From Selaginella moellendorffii (lineage: Eukaryota > Plantae > Lycopodiophyta): a stretch of 64,000 nucleotides of DNA. The stretch spans positions 66,752-130,751 of the forward strand of contig NW_003314442.1 of NCBI RefSeq assembly GCF_000143415.4, in the 5' to 3' direction. Shown here piece after piece: positions 25,797-37,521 of the stretch. Within the stretch, counting starts at the first letter, position 1. Each line of letters opens with the position of its first letter. A program made the translations under genes and the position numbers. Below the pieces are notes generated by a model. The model was not told where the DNA came from. It searched no databases and was given only the letters and a program-made list of their open reading frames with translations.

Positions 25797-27618
25797 ATGG
25801 CATGTCCAAGAAACGAGCAGCGCCCAAGGGAGATAGCAGCGGGCATTTTCTATGGAGCGCCCCGAGGAGGCGGTCATCAACAGCCCCCTCGGCTCTTGCA
25901 CTTGCTACGCGACATCCGCAGCGATCTTGGCCAAGAATCCACACCCATTGCGGCCGGGTTAGTTGACTGTTGTGCTTTGGCTGTTCGAGTGAAGAGTGCT
26001 TTGGAAGTTGGAACAGGGATGCTTGGGCCACGTTCGCGAGGCAAGAGCAGGCCCTTCAATACGCCGACTGTCACCGCCATGGCCTCGCCGTCTTCACGTA
26101 CCAAGACCACACAACGGGCCAAAGGCGATTCCTTGTGACCTCTCACCTCGAGTTCTGGAGGAGGTGGGCCTCCTCCCCCGGACCTCATGATTCTAACGCA
26201 TCGTGCACCGCAGATACGAGAAGATGCACGGCAGCTTGAGGCACCACTATGAAATTATACGCGAGGTAAGATTGCTGCCCGAGCTGTAGGTGGGCTGGAT
26301 GCACATTGCTGCGCATGCATAGAATACCCCGTGCAATCTCTACTTCGATCTGGAGTTCAACCGGCACACCAACCAGGGCGCGGATGGCGATGCCATGGTC
26401 GACCTCCTGCTGCAACTGCTCGCCTCCACGCTCTACGAGGCTTTCTCGATCCGCTACAACATGGCCTGGACACTGGAGCTCGACTCGTCAACCGCAGGTA
26501 ATACTAGTCTTAGCAGACACAAGGATTCCTTCCTATAATGGCTTTATAGACAAGTTCTCTCGGCACCTCATCTTGCGCATCCCCAACACCGCCTTCAGGG
26601 ACAACTCGCATGCAGGGGAGTTTGTTGCTCATGTAGGTGACCCTATTCTCTTTTCCATGTTGGGATAATGTTTTGCTGCAGCTGTGCTCGCGGATACATG
26701 TGCTTCGCGGGCGTGACAAGCACCTGGAGGAGCTTTATGTCATCACCGATCACTCTTCCACCCCCAGGTTGTTTGTCGATCAGGCTGTCTACTCGCGTAA
26801 CCGTTGCTTCCGCCTCGTCTTCTCTGCCAAGGCTGGAAAGACGGCCATCCTGGTCCCGACGTACAGATTCGCCTCCAGCTCCGAAGTGGTCATGGTCAGT
26901 CCCCGCTGCTCCTCCCTGGAGGCCTGACTTCATACAAAGCCGTTGCAGGACGATATTACAACGTTCATGCAAGCGCTCGTTTGCAACGTGGATGCGAATT
27001 GCGAGACACTTCTCACATTTGATCGCGGGGTAGGCCTAGTATATCCTTCTCATTTGTTGTTAATTATCCGCTGAAGGCTGCTGGCAAACACCCAAAGTCG
27101 CTCTCCAATATCCAGCCTCAACATAGCGTCGCTTCGGAAGCATCGCCATTTGGTGCAGTTGATGCGTTTGTGGAATCAATTTCATCCTTTGGAAACACTC
27201 CGGGTGCGTATATCCTACTCGTGCGTTCCTGTCTGATGCAACGCAGGAAAGATTCGAAACTGGTTTTGGTTTTCGGAGCTCGGCATTATTGTCTATAATA
27301 TTTCGGGCAACCGTTTCTGCGAGCGAGTGGGAAGGCAGCACAAGAGCAACAACGGTATGATTGTGTGTCTTGTTCTTTCTTTTGTTGACGCGTCAACCAC
27401 TCTATGCAGTCATGTACATCGTCAACTTACGACGAGCAAGCTACTATCAAAAATGTCATGATCCGGATTGCAGGGGTAAACGGCTATATAACTAGAGCGA
27501 ACTTGACGAGTTACTGTGCCCAGGATACAAATCTCCTGTGAGACCTGTTCCATGCCATGTTCTCCCACCTGCAGGTTTGCACACACACGACGCAGACACA
27601 CAGACATACAGGCGGTGA
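25797..27618 (+). CDS. PRIMPOL: PrimPol (AEP primase-polymerase, CCDC111), multi-exon; 3' end uncertain
   Basis: [21 protein letters not shown] (motif A), KFSRHL (SxH), [14 protein letters not shown], Zn finger [27 protein letters not shown]. Confidence 0.9.
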
Positions 27619-27668
27619 ATGCATCTTTTATCCGTGTCGTCAAAATTACAGCGCCTGCGTTCTGTTGT

Positions 27669-28993
27669 TCAATCCTCTCCTTCCTTCTCGCCTTCCCCTT
27701 CAGTGGACTCTGCACCAACTTCTTCGTGAGTGCCGCAAGGTCCTCCCGGGCTTCAGAGAATTCTCCCTCTTCCATGCCTTCCCGGACGTAGGCGCGCTTG
27801 GCGTACATGAGATCAAACTTGTGATCAATTCTGGAGAAGACTACTGCGTTAGACATCATGCAGACGGCTCTTTGGACTCGCCCCCGGGAACAACTGTTGG
27901 TGGCTGGTAGTTGATGCCAGACTTGAAGCCTGTGGGACACCAATCAACAAACTGATGGGTCTTGATGGTTCTTAGGGACCACGTCACCTCGGTACATGAG
28001 GCAGCAGGCCATGTACTTGCCGTGACGGGGGCACTTGGCCATCATGGACGCGGGCTCGAACGCCGTACCCGTTATCTCGGACACGGACAGCTGCTCGTCG
28101 TAAGCCTTTTCTGCGGATATGACTGGAGCGTACGAGGATGAATCCGGGGATAAGGCACCAAGTTGGTCTGGAACTCTGTAATGTCGGGCACCATCGAAGC
28201 GGAGCAACGTCGTCAGGGACGATATCACCTGATCGTCACACGCACACACGCACACAAACAAGCATACCTGTGGCACGAGCCTGTTGAGTTTGGTGTAGGT
28301 GATGCCGAGTGAGCGGCGGCAGCTGTTGTAGATGGCCAACGTCGGTGTGCTCCAGCAGGGAACGGGTGGAGGGCACGCTGTTGTAGGGCTCCACAACAAC
28401 AGCCGTGGACACTAGAGGCGACGGCTAGACCGTAAAGTCAAGATTCGACTTCTTGCCGTAGTCAACCGAGAGGCGCTCCGGAGCCCCACGGCGTTGAAGA
28501 TAAGAAAGCCTTCAATTGTCTGCAAGCTTCCTGATACGGTCCGAATTTCGGTCCAGGCACAGGTCGACGATCTCCGTTACACGGTCCGACACACGTTATC
28601 GACGATAGCCTTGTTGTCGGGCACTCACTTGAGTAATGGCCACGGGCGAAATTACTAGCGGCATCTTCCTTGCCACTGATAAGTTGCTCGGGTGGAAGAG
28701 TTGACTGTATACCAGTCCTCACTTCTATCACCGTGGGTTCCAAGTCGAGGAACAACGAGCGCGGTACGTGCTTGCCCGCACCTGTCTCGCTGAAGAAAGT
28801 GTTGAAGGCGTCGTCACGTCCGCTAATTCTGTCAGTCGGCATTTGGCCATCTGGCTGAGCACAGCAGGGCTCGCTCAAAACAAGCAAGCCTCATAAATTG
28901 GGAGTATTTTAAGTAGCTGGATTCCATGCTCCAGAGCTCCCAGCAAGCATTGGACCCTGCTTGGCCAATGTGGATGGAGATGCACTCCATCAT
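27669..28993 (-). pseudogene. TUA: Alpha-tubulin pseudogene (intron-containing, many small deletions and frameshifts)
   Basis: [90 protein letters not shown], with broken frames and missing residues. Confidence 0.9.
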
Positions 28994-29379
28994 CTTGTCT
29001 TGCTGCTATGGTGGTGTTAATCGACTCACTGGGTGAAGCAAAGAGCCCTACAGCGAAAATGAGCCATAGAAAGAAACGAAGCACTCCCCCATGAGTGTCT
29101 AAGTGGGACGACTCTTGGCTTCAAACTGATTATTGGGAATAAAAAGAAAAAAACCTGCAAGAGTTAGCTGATTTCTCCCTCATTGTACGTGTTGAACCCA
29201 AGCACGCTGGAAACCTGTACATTCGGATCTAGTGCCACACACATACCATCAGGAGACACCAAGGTGGAATGGTCGTCCATGTCCAGCAGAAGGTGCACCG
29301 ATCATAAATTGACAACTCCCATTCTTGTTCTCTGCATCAAACCACAATCAATCCCTTTGAAAAACTCAATGCTTACCAA

Positions 29380-29600
29380 TTGAGCAGGAGCTCTTTCACT
29401 GCTTCAGTGTTATCATGATCATGTAGGCTGTGACCATATATAGGGATGCAAGCTACCACATCCTGCTGTGGCATTCTGCTGTAGGTCGTTCAAGTTCCCA
29501 TCAGCTCCATGCGCCTGAATCCAAGCTAGTCTAATATTGCATGCAATGTCTCGCTCTGGCATCGCATCAAACACCCCTTCATCTCTTCAGTCCACTGATG
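29380..29600 (-). pseudogene. Degenerate PPR remnant
   Basis: GVFDAMPERD and RMPQQDVVA motifs without an intact ORF. Confidence 0.5.
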
Positions 29601-30378
29601 ACATTCCATGATACCACATTCTACTGCGGCTTCCTGCCAAGCACCATTATAATTCAGGTGTGTTAATATATCTTGCTTCCCTCTTAAGAATGAACTTTTT
29701 TTTGTTTTCAGATTTGGAATGCTCGGCAAGACTGGCTCAGCGTTGCACAAAGCTCATTAGCACTAGGTAGAATGGCACTTCTCATCGTACAAATGTTGAA
29801 TTAAGTATGATTGTAGATTGTTGTCTGCATAATATGCACTTCTGGTGGGGTTCTTATAAAGCAATGAGGGCAAGATGATACATGTAAAGCTCTCTGAAAC
29901 TTACATGCCACAGTCAGCTTTAAGAAATATATCTCGAGAGCAAATATAAATTACCATAACGTCAATACTTATAAGATCCAATCTTGGGGATTGAAGCAAC
30001 ACTAATGTCAGGCTCAACTTTACTTGAGAGGGATGACCATCAGAGTGAGAACCGATAGATCAAGCCAGAATCTGTGTAGTCTTTTGCCAAGACGTACAAG
30101 GACGTTGCTAGTAATGCATCTTATAATCAGGAAACATCCACATAAAGCATTCCGAAGTATTCGTAAGTATTACACCTACAAAGTCTATTTCCTTAAATAA
30201 ACTAATTTAATCTTTTCATTTAGTGAGTTTGGTTGGGCCCTCCATTCCCTTTAAAACAACCATTAAATCGATCAATGTTTTATGTGGCCCTAGGTACCAG
30301 TTTCTCTCTGGAAATCCTCACCCTCTTGGTCGACCAATATGAGTTCGAATGATGCATTTGCTTGTTATGGCTAGCCTC

Positions 30379-32495
30379 TTAATAAATTCCGCTCAAAAGC
30401 TGCAAACGCAGTGAAAGATCTTTTTATGAAAACATAAACATTAAAGTTACCTCCTTTGTCTTTTGACAACGGGCTTTGATACTATCAATTAGTTGTTGTG
30501 TCGTCAAGTTAGCCTGTAATCACATGTTGTGGTGAAAGACAAAAATGTCAATGCAGCTTACTCGATGGCTGGGATGCATATCAGAGTGGTGACCTGAACA
30601 GATATTGATTGAGTATGTGATGTCTAATTCCACGTACAAATGCAGATGAAGGCTTACGTAAGTTCATATTGCTTATGTCCCGGATAGGCTCGTCAACCTT
30701 TCTACCAGACCGCAACTCAAATTCTGTCAATAGAACAGGAGAGGGTGAATGAAAACTTTTAAAATAACATACGAAAAAGTGGTGAATGCTTTTTGCAGAA
30801 CTGTATATTTTTCTCCGGGCTCTGACGGGCCTGTAAAATAACATAACTTCAGGCAGATACGATATGGGGCTTGCCTTTGGAAAAAAGGATTTCTCAAGAA
30901 GTCTTATACGGCTCTCCAAAGTACAAAATCTTGCCTGTGATAGTAAATGGAGTTAGTAACAGCAACTGAACTTTTCTATTACCTCTAATGTTTGAGTCGT
31001 CTTTGAAAGGCTTTCTTCCAGGGTGCTGAAGCGAGACCCCAGCTTTTCGGCTATTTCGCCCTGGTAGACGCTTGGTTGAGCACAAAGAAATGCTTGCGTT
31101 GATCAAACTTACTATTTTCAGCTTGATCTCGTCATAGCAGGAAGTAATGGCTGCAACATTCATTGAAACCACCGGGGCTGCTTCATCATCTTCCGACGTT
31201 GATGGAGAAATAGAACACTTTCTCGAAGTCATTTCTGAACTCAGGGACTTATGGGTGTCCATCTTTCTTGGAAGAGATGCATCTGGACTTTTCCTTATTC
31301 CGCGATCGAGCTCTCTTGGAAGACTCGAGTCGATACCTCCAATCTAGCATTTTTAGACAAAGTAAATCCTTAATGTACCTTAAGATTTCGTTTACCTGTG
31401 TTGGTGATTTGACCTGAAAATCAGTTTGTGCTTGTTTTTCGTTATCAGGTATGTAACACGGGCTCGACCTGTCTTCCATCTGCACATGATGTAAATAGCT
31501 TCACAGTTTAGACACCTAATTTGTTATTAACCTCGTCGTGGTCGACCTGTATGCCTGGCTGCTCGAAATTTAGGCGAGGTGTCGGAGAGAGCTGTCACAT
31601 GCAGGAGATAGGGAGAAACTCTTGAGAGTGAAAACATACCTCGATGGCGAGCTTACACATTGTACTTATAGACGGCAATTTATTCTTGCATCTTGGAGAT
31701 GAGGTGGTCTTGATTCTAAGAGACGGACTTTTGCGTTCCTGGAGCTAAAACGTGAATAGGACTGATAAAGTAAAGAAAAGAAAACAGAAACACCTCATTG
31801 ACCTCTTCATTTCTGGAGATCCTTTTATGCCTCGAGGACATGACAGATTCTGACTAATACAAGAGAATAGTGACAATTGATAATGCATAAAATACCTTTT
31901 TAGTTACACCTGCCCGTCGGGACTCTTTTAACAACTCATTATGCTTCCTTTTGCAGCACTGCTCATATTCTATTCAAGATAAGCGTCACAAGGAGTTAAA
32001 CATACCTGGACGACATCATGGACAAATATCATCTTTCTTTCTGAGAAACCTTTCGAGAATATCTAGCAGCGAAGAGGTCAAGTGCGTCTTGATGTCCCAT
32101 GTCATTGTTACCTGTGCCAGCGTCAAGGAACATCTATATCCAAACTCAGTCCGGAGAAACTTCAAGATGCACTCTATGAATCTCTGTTAGCAAAAATTAG
32201 TAGTGTACTATCTCTAGCTTTTGCTTGGTCGCACCAGGTCACTTTTCGCGTATAATTCATAGCCATTCGTTGAGAGATACCTGAAAACATGCCTGGAATA
32301 ACCTAACAGCGCGTGATGGAGTAGTGGAAGAACAGCCGATGGAAGTCCCATTCTCAGGCTGCAACAAAAGCATGAGACTCCAAATCATCTTGTAATATGA
32401 CCGTACCCTTGGTTGTCGATTGTGTGTGGGTAGGAAACAGATCGGAGCTGCGCCTTCAGTCGCTCTAGGTTTCCTTCAACATCTCCTGTTGCCAT
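30379..32495 (-). CDS. CEP44: CEP44-like centriole/basal-body protein, multi-exon; N-terminal exons missed by the ORF track
   Basis: Spliced N-terminus MATGDVEGNLERLKAQLRSVSYP..G|LRMGLPSAVLPLLHHALLGYS..ELYAKSDL|RFIECILKFLRTEFGYRCSLTLAQ|..KGFSERKMIFVHDVV|..CKRKHNEL matches the CEP44 domain (MATGD..ELIAKNDLRF..GFAEWK..KKHKEL); low-complexity middle; last exons ..QQLIDSIKARCQKTKE|LLSGIY*. Internal exon boundaries are approximate. Confidence 0.8.
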
Positions 32496-32635
32496 GGCTG
32501 CCCTAGGCCTAGCTCTGTTTGCATTTGCAAAACATCACTGAATCAAGAGCTCAGGCAGCAAGGCTCAAGAAGTGTGCCAAGGAACGAATATCCCGCCCAT
32601 TATCCCCTCCTCACTCTAAGTCGTCCGGCTTGATA

Positions 32636-32645
32636 TCCAACGGTC
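32636..32645. promoter_or_regulatory. MSA-like MYB site TCCAACGGTC in the CEP44/CAPE intergenic gap
   Basis: Exact match to YCYAACGGYY, plus a MYB core CAGTTG at 32661; single copy, could be chance. Confidence 0.25.
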
Positions 32646-32698
32646 TTTAGAAAGGCGGGTCAGTTGGAATCTTTTCCTAAAGCAAAGACTCCTCTTAT

Positions 32699-35600
32699 AT
32701 GGTAAGTGCCTCTCTTACGTCAAGAGCATTCCCTCAGAGTAGTGTGGTAATGGCAGGAGCACAAGAGACCGTCGATTATAAGGATCTCCAAGCCAAGGCA
32801 CAGTCTATTGATACAGGAAGAGGTTCTGGCTGCAAAAGTGGATGTGGTGGGGCGTAATGAACTAGAAGGCCTGTGGCAGGAGCTGGATTCCTGGTCTTTC
32901 GATATTTTCAAGGTTGCAACTGAGGACCTGCCGAAGGTCTGTCAATACTGTCCCTTTGCGCCTCAAAAGATTTAACCTTGCGCAGATGGCAGAAAGAATA
33001 TTTGTAAACCTGGGCCTGTTAACGACTTTACCTCTGGACGTCCAGAAATTAAAAGCTTTCATTGAGTGTGTAGGTGTCGAATACTTTTTCTTGTTCTCGA
33101 TTGGGCGCTCCTTCCCTTGTTCTCCTCTCTACACAGATGATGGCACAATATCGCGCACATGTTCCATTTCACAACTTCCGGCATGCGTGCGATGTCCTAC
33201 ATGCTATGTAAGCGCTCAGAAGCTGTCGTACTAAAGTTTCTCTGGTTGATTACCAGGTATTTGTTTCTTAAATTAGGAGGAGCGGATGAGAAGTTTAACG
33301 AACTTGAAAAGCTTGCTCTTTGCATAGGTGCATTGTGTCACGATGTTGATCATCCAGGGCTTACAAACTCTTTTCTTGTTGCTTGTAATGATCCTCTTGC
33401 TATTCGATACAATGACTTATCTGTATTAGAAAATCATCATGCTTCGATCACGGTGAAGGCACTGACGGTATAAAGCATTTCTTTTTCTCCTAATAAAGAT
33501 GTGATTTTTCTGCATAGGGGTACGAGTCCATGAACATTCTAGGAATATTTCCTGACTCAGAACAAAGACACATTCGTAAGCTTATTGTGTCTTGTATTCT
33601 TGCAACGGACATGGCTTACCATGGTGCTGTTGTTCAGAGCTTCAGTTTAAGAAGCAAGGAAGTACGCTCATTCCATGCTTCTTCTCGTTATGAGTACCAG
33701 CCACCTCCACCGCCCAAAAAGGTCCCGTGCAAGGTTACAGGGATATTTGAAATGGAGGAGCAACAAGAAGAACCAGCATTGGTGTTTCCTCAAGTGACGA
33801 AAGAACACAGGAGCAGCGACGATGTTCTGCTTCTTATGAAAGTGATTATGAAATGTTCAGATATTAGCAACACTATCAGACCTTATCCACTCTCCAAGAA
33901 GTGGGCTGCTTTGCTGCTTCTAGAATGGTTTAGACAAGGGGACGTAGAAAGGAGGTTAGGAATGGAAATATCAAGAAATATGAACAGGAACGATCCAGAC
34001 TCTTTACAGTAGGGATAACCTTTCTTGCGTATTTTGCCAATAAATGACGTTTGCAGCTTCTGACAGGTCGATGACACTTGGCTGCATTGACGCCTTTTCA
34101 ATACCAATGTACGAAGCTGTAGCACGAGTATTACCAAAGCTGAAAAACAATGTTTTACCAAATCTTGCTTCGAATCGGGAGTCCTGGATGTCTTTTTCAA
34201 CAGCTGGACCGATAGAACAGGTTATAATTCTGTTGGGAATTATGCTATCACATCCATTGCCATGCAGGAAGTGCAAGTTATACTTGGTTCCTTTTTTCCC
34301 ATTGAAGGTGACGACGAGCAGCAGAGGCAATCGACGTCGAAGTCAGGAGCTAGGTCGTCACAGACAGGGCAATCAACGATGCCAGAGTCCGCTCAATCCT
34401 CCGAAGGCCACAAGGTTTCTGAGATTAAAAAGGCTAGCGTGACAACGCACACGAGTCCTGGGAATGAAAGGCCCCTGAGCCTCCTCTTTGGAGCTCCGCT
34501 GGGCAGGGACGTGAATACGTTAGCATCAGAATTGGCGTGGAACACTACTCTACGGGACTCTTCACTGAGAGTCAATTTAGTCCCATCCACAAGAAGGTCT
34601 CATTCTTCCGGAAGCATTGGATCGCTACAGCTAGGTCCTGGACAAACAGTGCCAAGTGAGAGAGGCTCTTCACTTGCTGGTACTATAAATGACGAAATGG
34701 ACTACAGACATGAAACATCGTTATCTTTGGATCGTATTGACGTTGACAAAGGACCTGTGGGATTTTTCACAAGGCTTCGTGCGCGTGGCGTAGCCATCAG
34801 GGTCAGTCAAGTGCTGGACAGCAGGGTTTGGGCGCACTTTGTGGCCATTCCTGCTACACTGATTGCGCTCTTCTTAAATGATTTTAGCAGGGCATTTCTA
34901 CCGAAGTCATTAGACACGTTCGTGAATGTGGTTTACGTCATCTGTCTGTTCCTCTTCTTGCTTGACCTTGTTGCACTGTCAGTACTAAAGCCAGCCTATC
35001 TTTTCAGCTTCGCCTTTTGGTAGGTATGTGATTTCTCGTCATATTTGGACATCGTTTGTACTAACATGCCATTGTTAGTAAGGCTCGATCTCGTTGGAAG
35101 CCTTACTCTACTTCCATATATGTTTGATCTCATTAGGCAGAACCTCATTGTTGCTAGAGTCTGGAAAGCAGCAGAGTCTCTAAGTCGCCTTGCAAAAAAG
35201 CTTCAAAACCGGAGCGCGAAGGTTCCAAGCGCTTTCCTGATTGCTCGGCTAGCAAAGGTATGCATAGATTGGCTGACACAGACGTTTGTAATCCGTCTGT
35301 ATAGGCTGTATTTTACCACTGCATTCGCCCTTTAGAGTCCAAGGCCACAGACGATAAAGAGACGACCGAAGATTCTTCAAATCAGTTTATGTCTTCGAAG
35401 CCTAGTTATCTATGGTTGAGACTATCAGACTTGCAATCTCAGAGGCTTGTTCTTGGCATCCTCATTTTAGCCATAGCATTACCATATTTTTACCAGCTCC
35501 CTGATGACCTCGCTCCCACGCTGGCTCTCGCTGCACTTGACTCCAGTCCCCTGTACACACTGAGGTTTAACACCAGCCTTATAAATTTGAACCAGTTCAA

Positions 35601-37337
35601 CAACCAGCATGACTACGCAATTATCTACTTGGGATGTAGAGATGGATGTGCCCAAGGCTATTGCAGCGGGTACGAGTTTTCTGAAGGCGATCCTTTTATT
35701 CAAGTGGTTCCGCCCATTGAGGCAGGTCGTGATGCAAAGTCGGATGTGACATCTAAGTATCGAGATGAAGAACTTATCAAGGTTAAGAGTGACTCTAGAC
35801 GCTGCGAGGCATTTTATTCGATTCGTAAGCGAAGCCGGAAAAACCACGTACTAAACGTAAGTACTGGTTTCTTGTTCGTATCCAGTAGCTTGAAACATTG
35901 GGTGGCGCAGATGGGGCTGACGTTGCTTATTTTGTGCATCTTGTCTGCTTTATCGTTCCTTTTAAGCTGGGATACCAACAATTTATTGGTTCAGGTGCGT
36001 GTTAAGCTCACTCAGATCTGTTATTTACAGGAGCATTTCAGCCCATTGAAAGAATGGTAAACTTTATCAAGGAGCTTGCAGACAACCCAGGTGCATTCGT
36101 GGGGAAGTCTATTTCCCGAAAGTCCAGGGGAAAATCAGGAAAGGTCGTTTGCTAATTAGAGGTTCCTGGCTAATAGATTTCAATGACAGGTCATGGAAAC
36201 GAGAATGCTTGAGGGAGCCTTGGTGAAGATCGCAAGCCTGAGCAAAGTGGCTCTTGGGGATGCTGGAATGGACATTCTTTCCGTCAACCTTAAGGGAGCC
36301 GAATTTAATCGTGAGTTGGCCCTTTCTATACCTTGATCATTTGTCATCCTTCTGTGCACAGCCATGGTTCCAGGTAAGAAGATACGTGCCTGTTTTGGCT
36401 TTTGTGACATCAGGAACTTCACTGACGCGACTGAGTGCCTGCAAGAAGATGTTATGATGTTTGTGAATAAAATAGCGGATGTAGTACATAGCAAGGCTAT
36501 TATGCACAATGGGTTTCCAAACAAGAATGTGGGCGATGCCTTTCTAGTCGTATGGAAAAAGACCATGTCCGACGGTGCACAAAAGGTGGAATGTCCTCTT
36601 TCTGCTCTTTCCAGTCAGGAATGTATTTTCTGGTTTCCAGTCAAAAGGTTCTTCGTTTGCGGACAGGGCACTGATATCATTTCTGGATGTCATTCAAGCT
36701 TTAGAATCGTCTGAAGTATTGCACGAATATGCGATGCATCCGGCCATCCAGCAGCGGATGCCAGGTACGTCTCATAATGGTCCTTCCTTGCAGTAAAGAT
36801 AAGTGGAATCATTGTTTTCACCTAGGATACACAATCAAGATGGGTTTTGGCCTTCATGTTGGGTGGGCCATCGAAGGAGCCATCGGCTCATCGCACAAAG
36901 TGGACCCGTCGTATTTGTCTCCCCATGTCAACATGGCATCTAGGCTGGAAGCGGCGACCAAGCAATATGGAGTAATGATCTTGATATCAGAAACAGTGAT
37001 TGCAAACCTTACAAAGAGTAGCCTTCGCGATTGCTGCCGGAAGCTGGACAGGGTGACCGTCAAGGGCAGTGCGGATCCCTTGACTCTGTACACGTATGAC
37101 TTGCCAATGTTTCAAAACGACCTTAAGGCCTTGTATGCGGATTACAAGAACATGTTTGAGGCAGCTGTGGACAGCTACATTGTTGGTAACTGGCACACTG
37201 CTCTGGAGAAGCTGAGAGAGTGTGTTAACCTGTGGCACTCGGACAGGCCGGCAAGACTGCTCACTTCATTCATGGGGTCACACAAGAACATGGTCCCGGC
37301 AAATTGGAAAGGCTACCGAGAGTTATCGGAGAAGTGA
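32699..37337 (+). CDS. CAPE: CAPE: class I cyclic nucleotide phosphodiesterase + transmembrane region + class III adenylyl cyclase fusion, multi-exon
   Basis: PDE motifs WSFDIF, FHNFRHACDV, LCHDVDHPGLTN, SVLENHH, ILATDM, KCSDISN, EWFRQGD; about 6 hydrophobic segments at 34.8-36 kb; cyclase motifs FCDIRNFT, NKNVGDA, GFGLHVGWAIEGAIGS.HKVD, VNMASRLE, VTVKG. Predicted first coding exon is ATG only (ATG|GTAAGT). Confidence 0.92.
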
Positions 37338-37521
37338 AACATATTTTTGATTTTTGATATTGTTAGGATAAAAACTAAATTATCCATTGCATATGGCACA
37401 CTTGAGGCAGTTGGGGATTACAGTGTCAGGCACTGCAGTTCATAGAGGTGTTGAAGATGAGTTTTGATGAGTCCCTTAAATAATATTATCATTCTTATCA
37501 TCATCATCATCATCATCATCA

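Noticed and set aside
712-27618. DNA-repair cluster (CHR8, DPB3-like, PrimPol)
   Set aside because: Spread over 27 kb among unrelated genes; compatible with chance
32488-32501. RFX X-box-like GTTGCCATGGCTGC at the CEP44 start
   Set aside because: Largely explained by the Met-Ala-Thr codons; RFX factors are not known in plants
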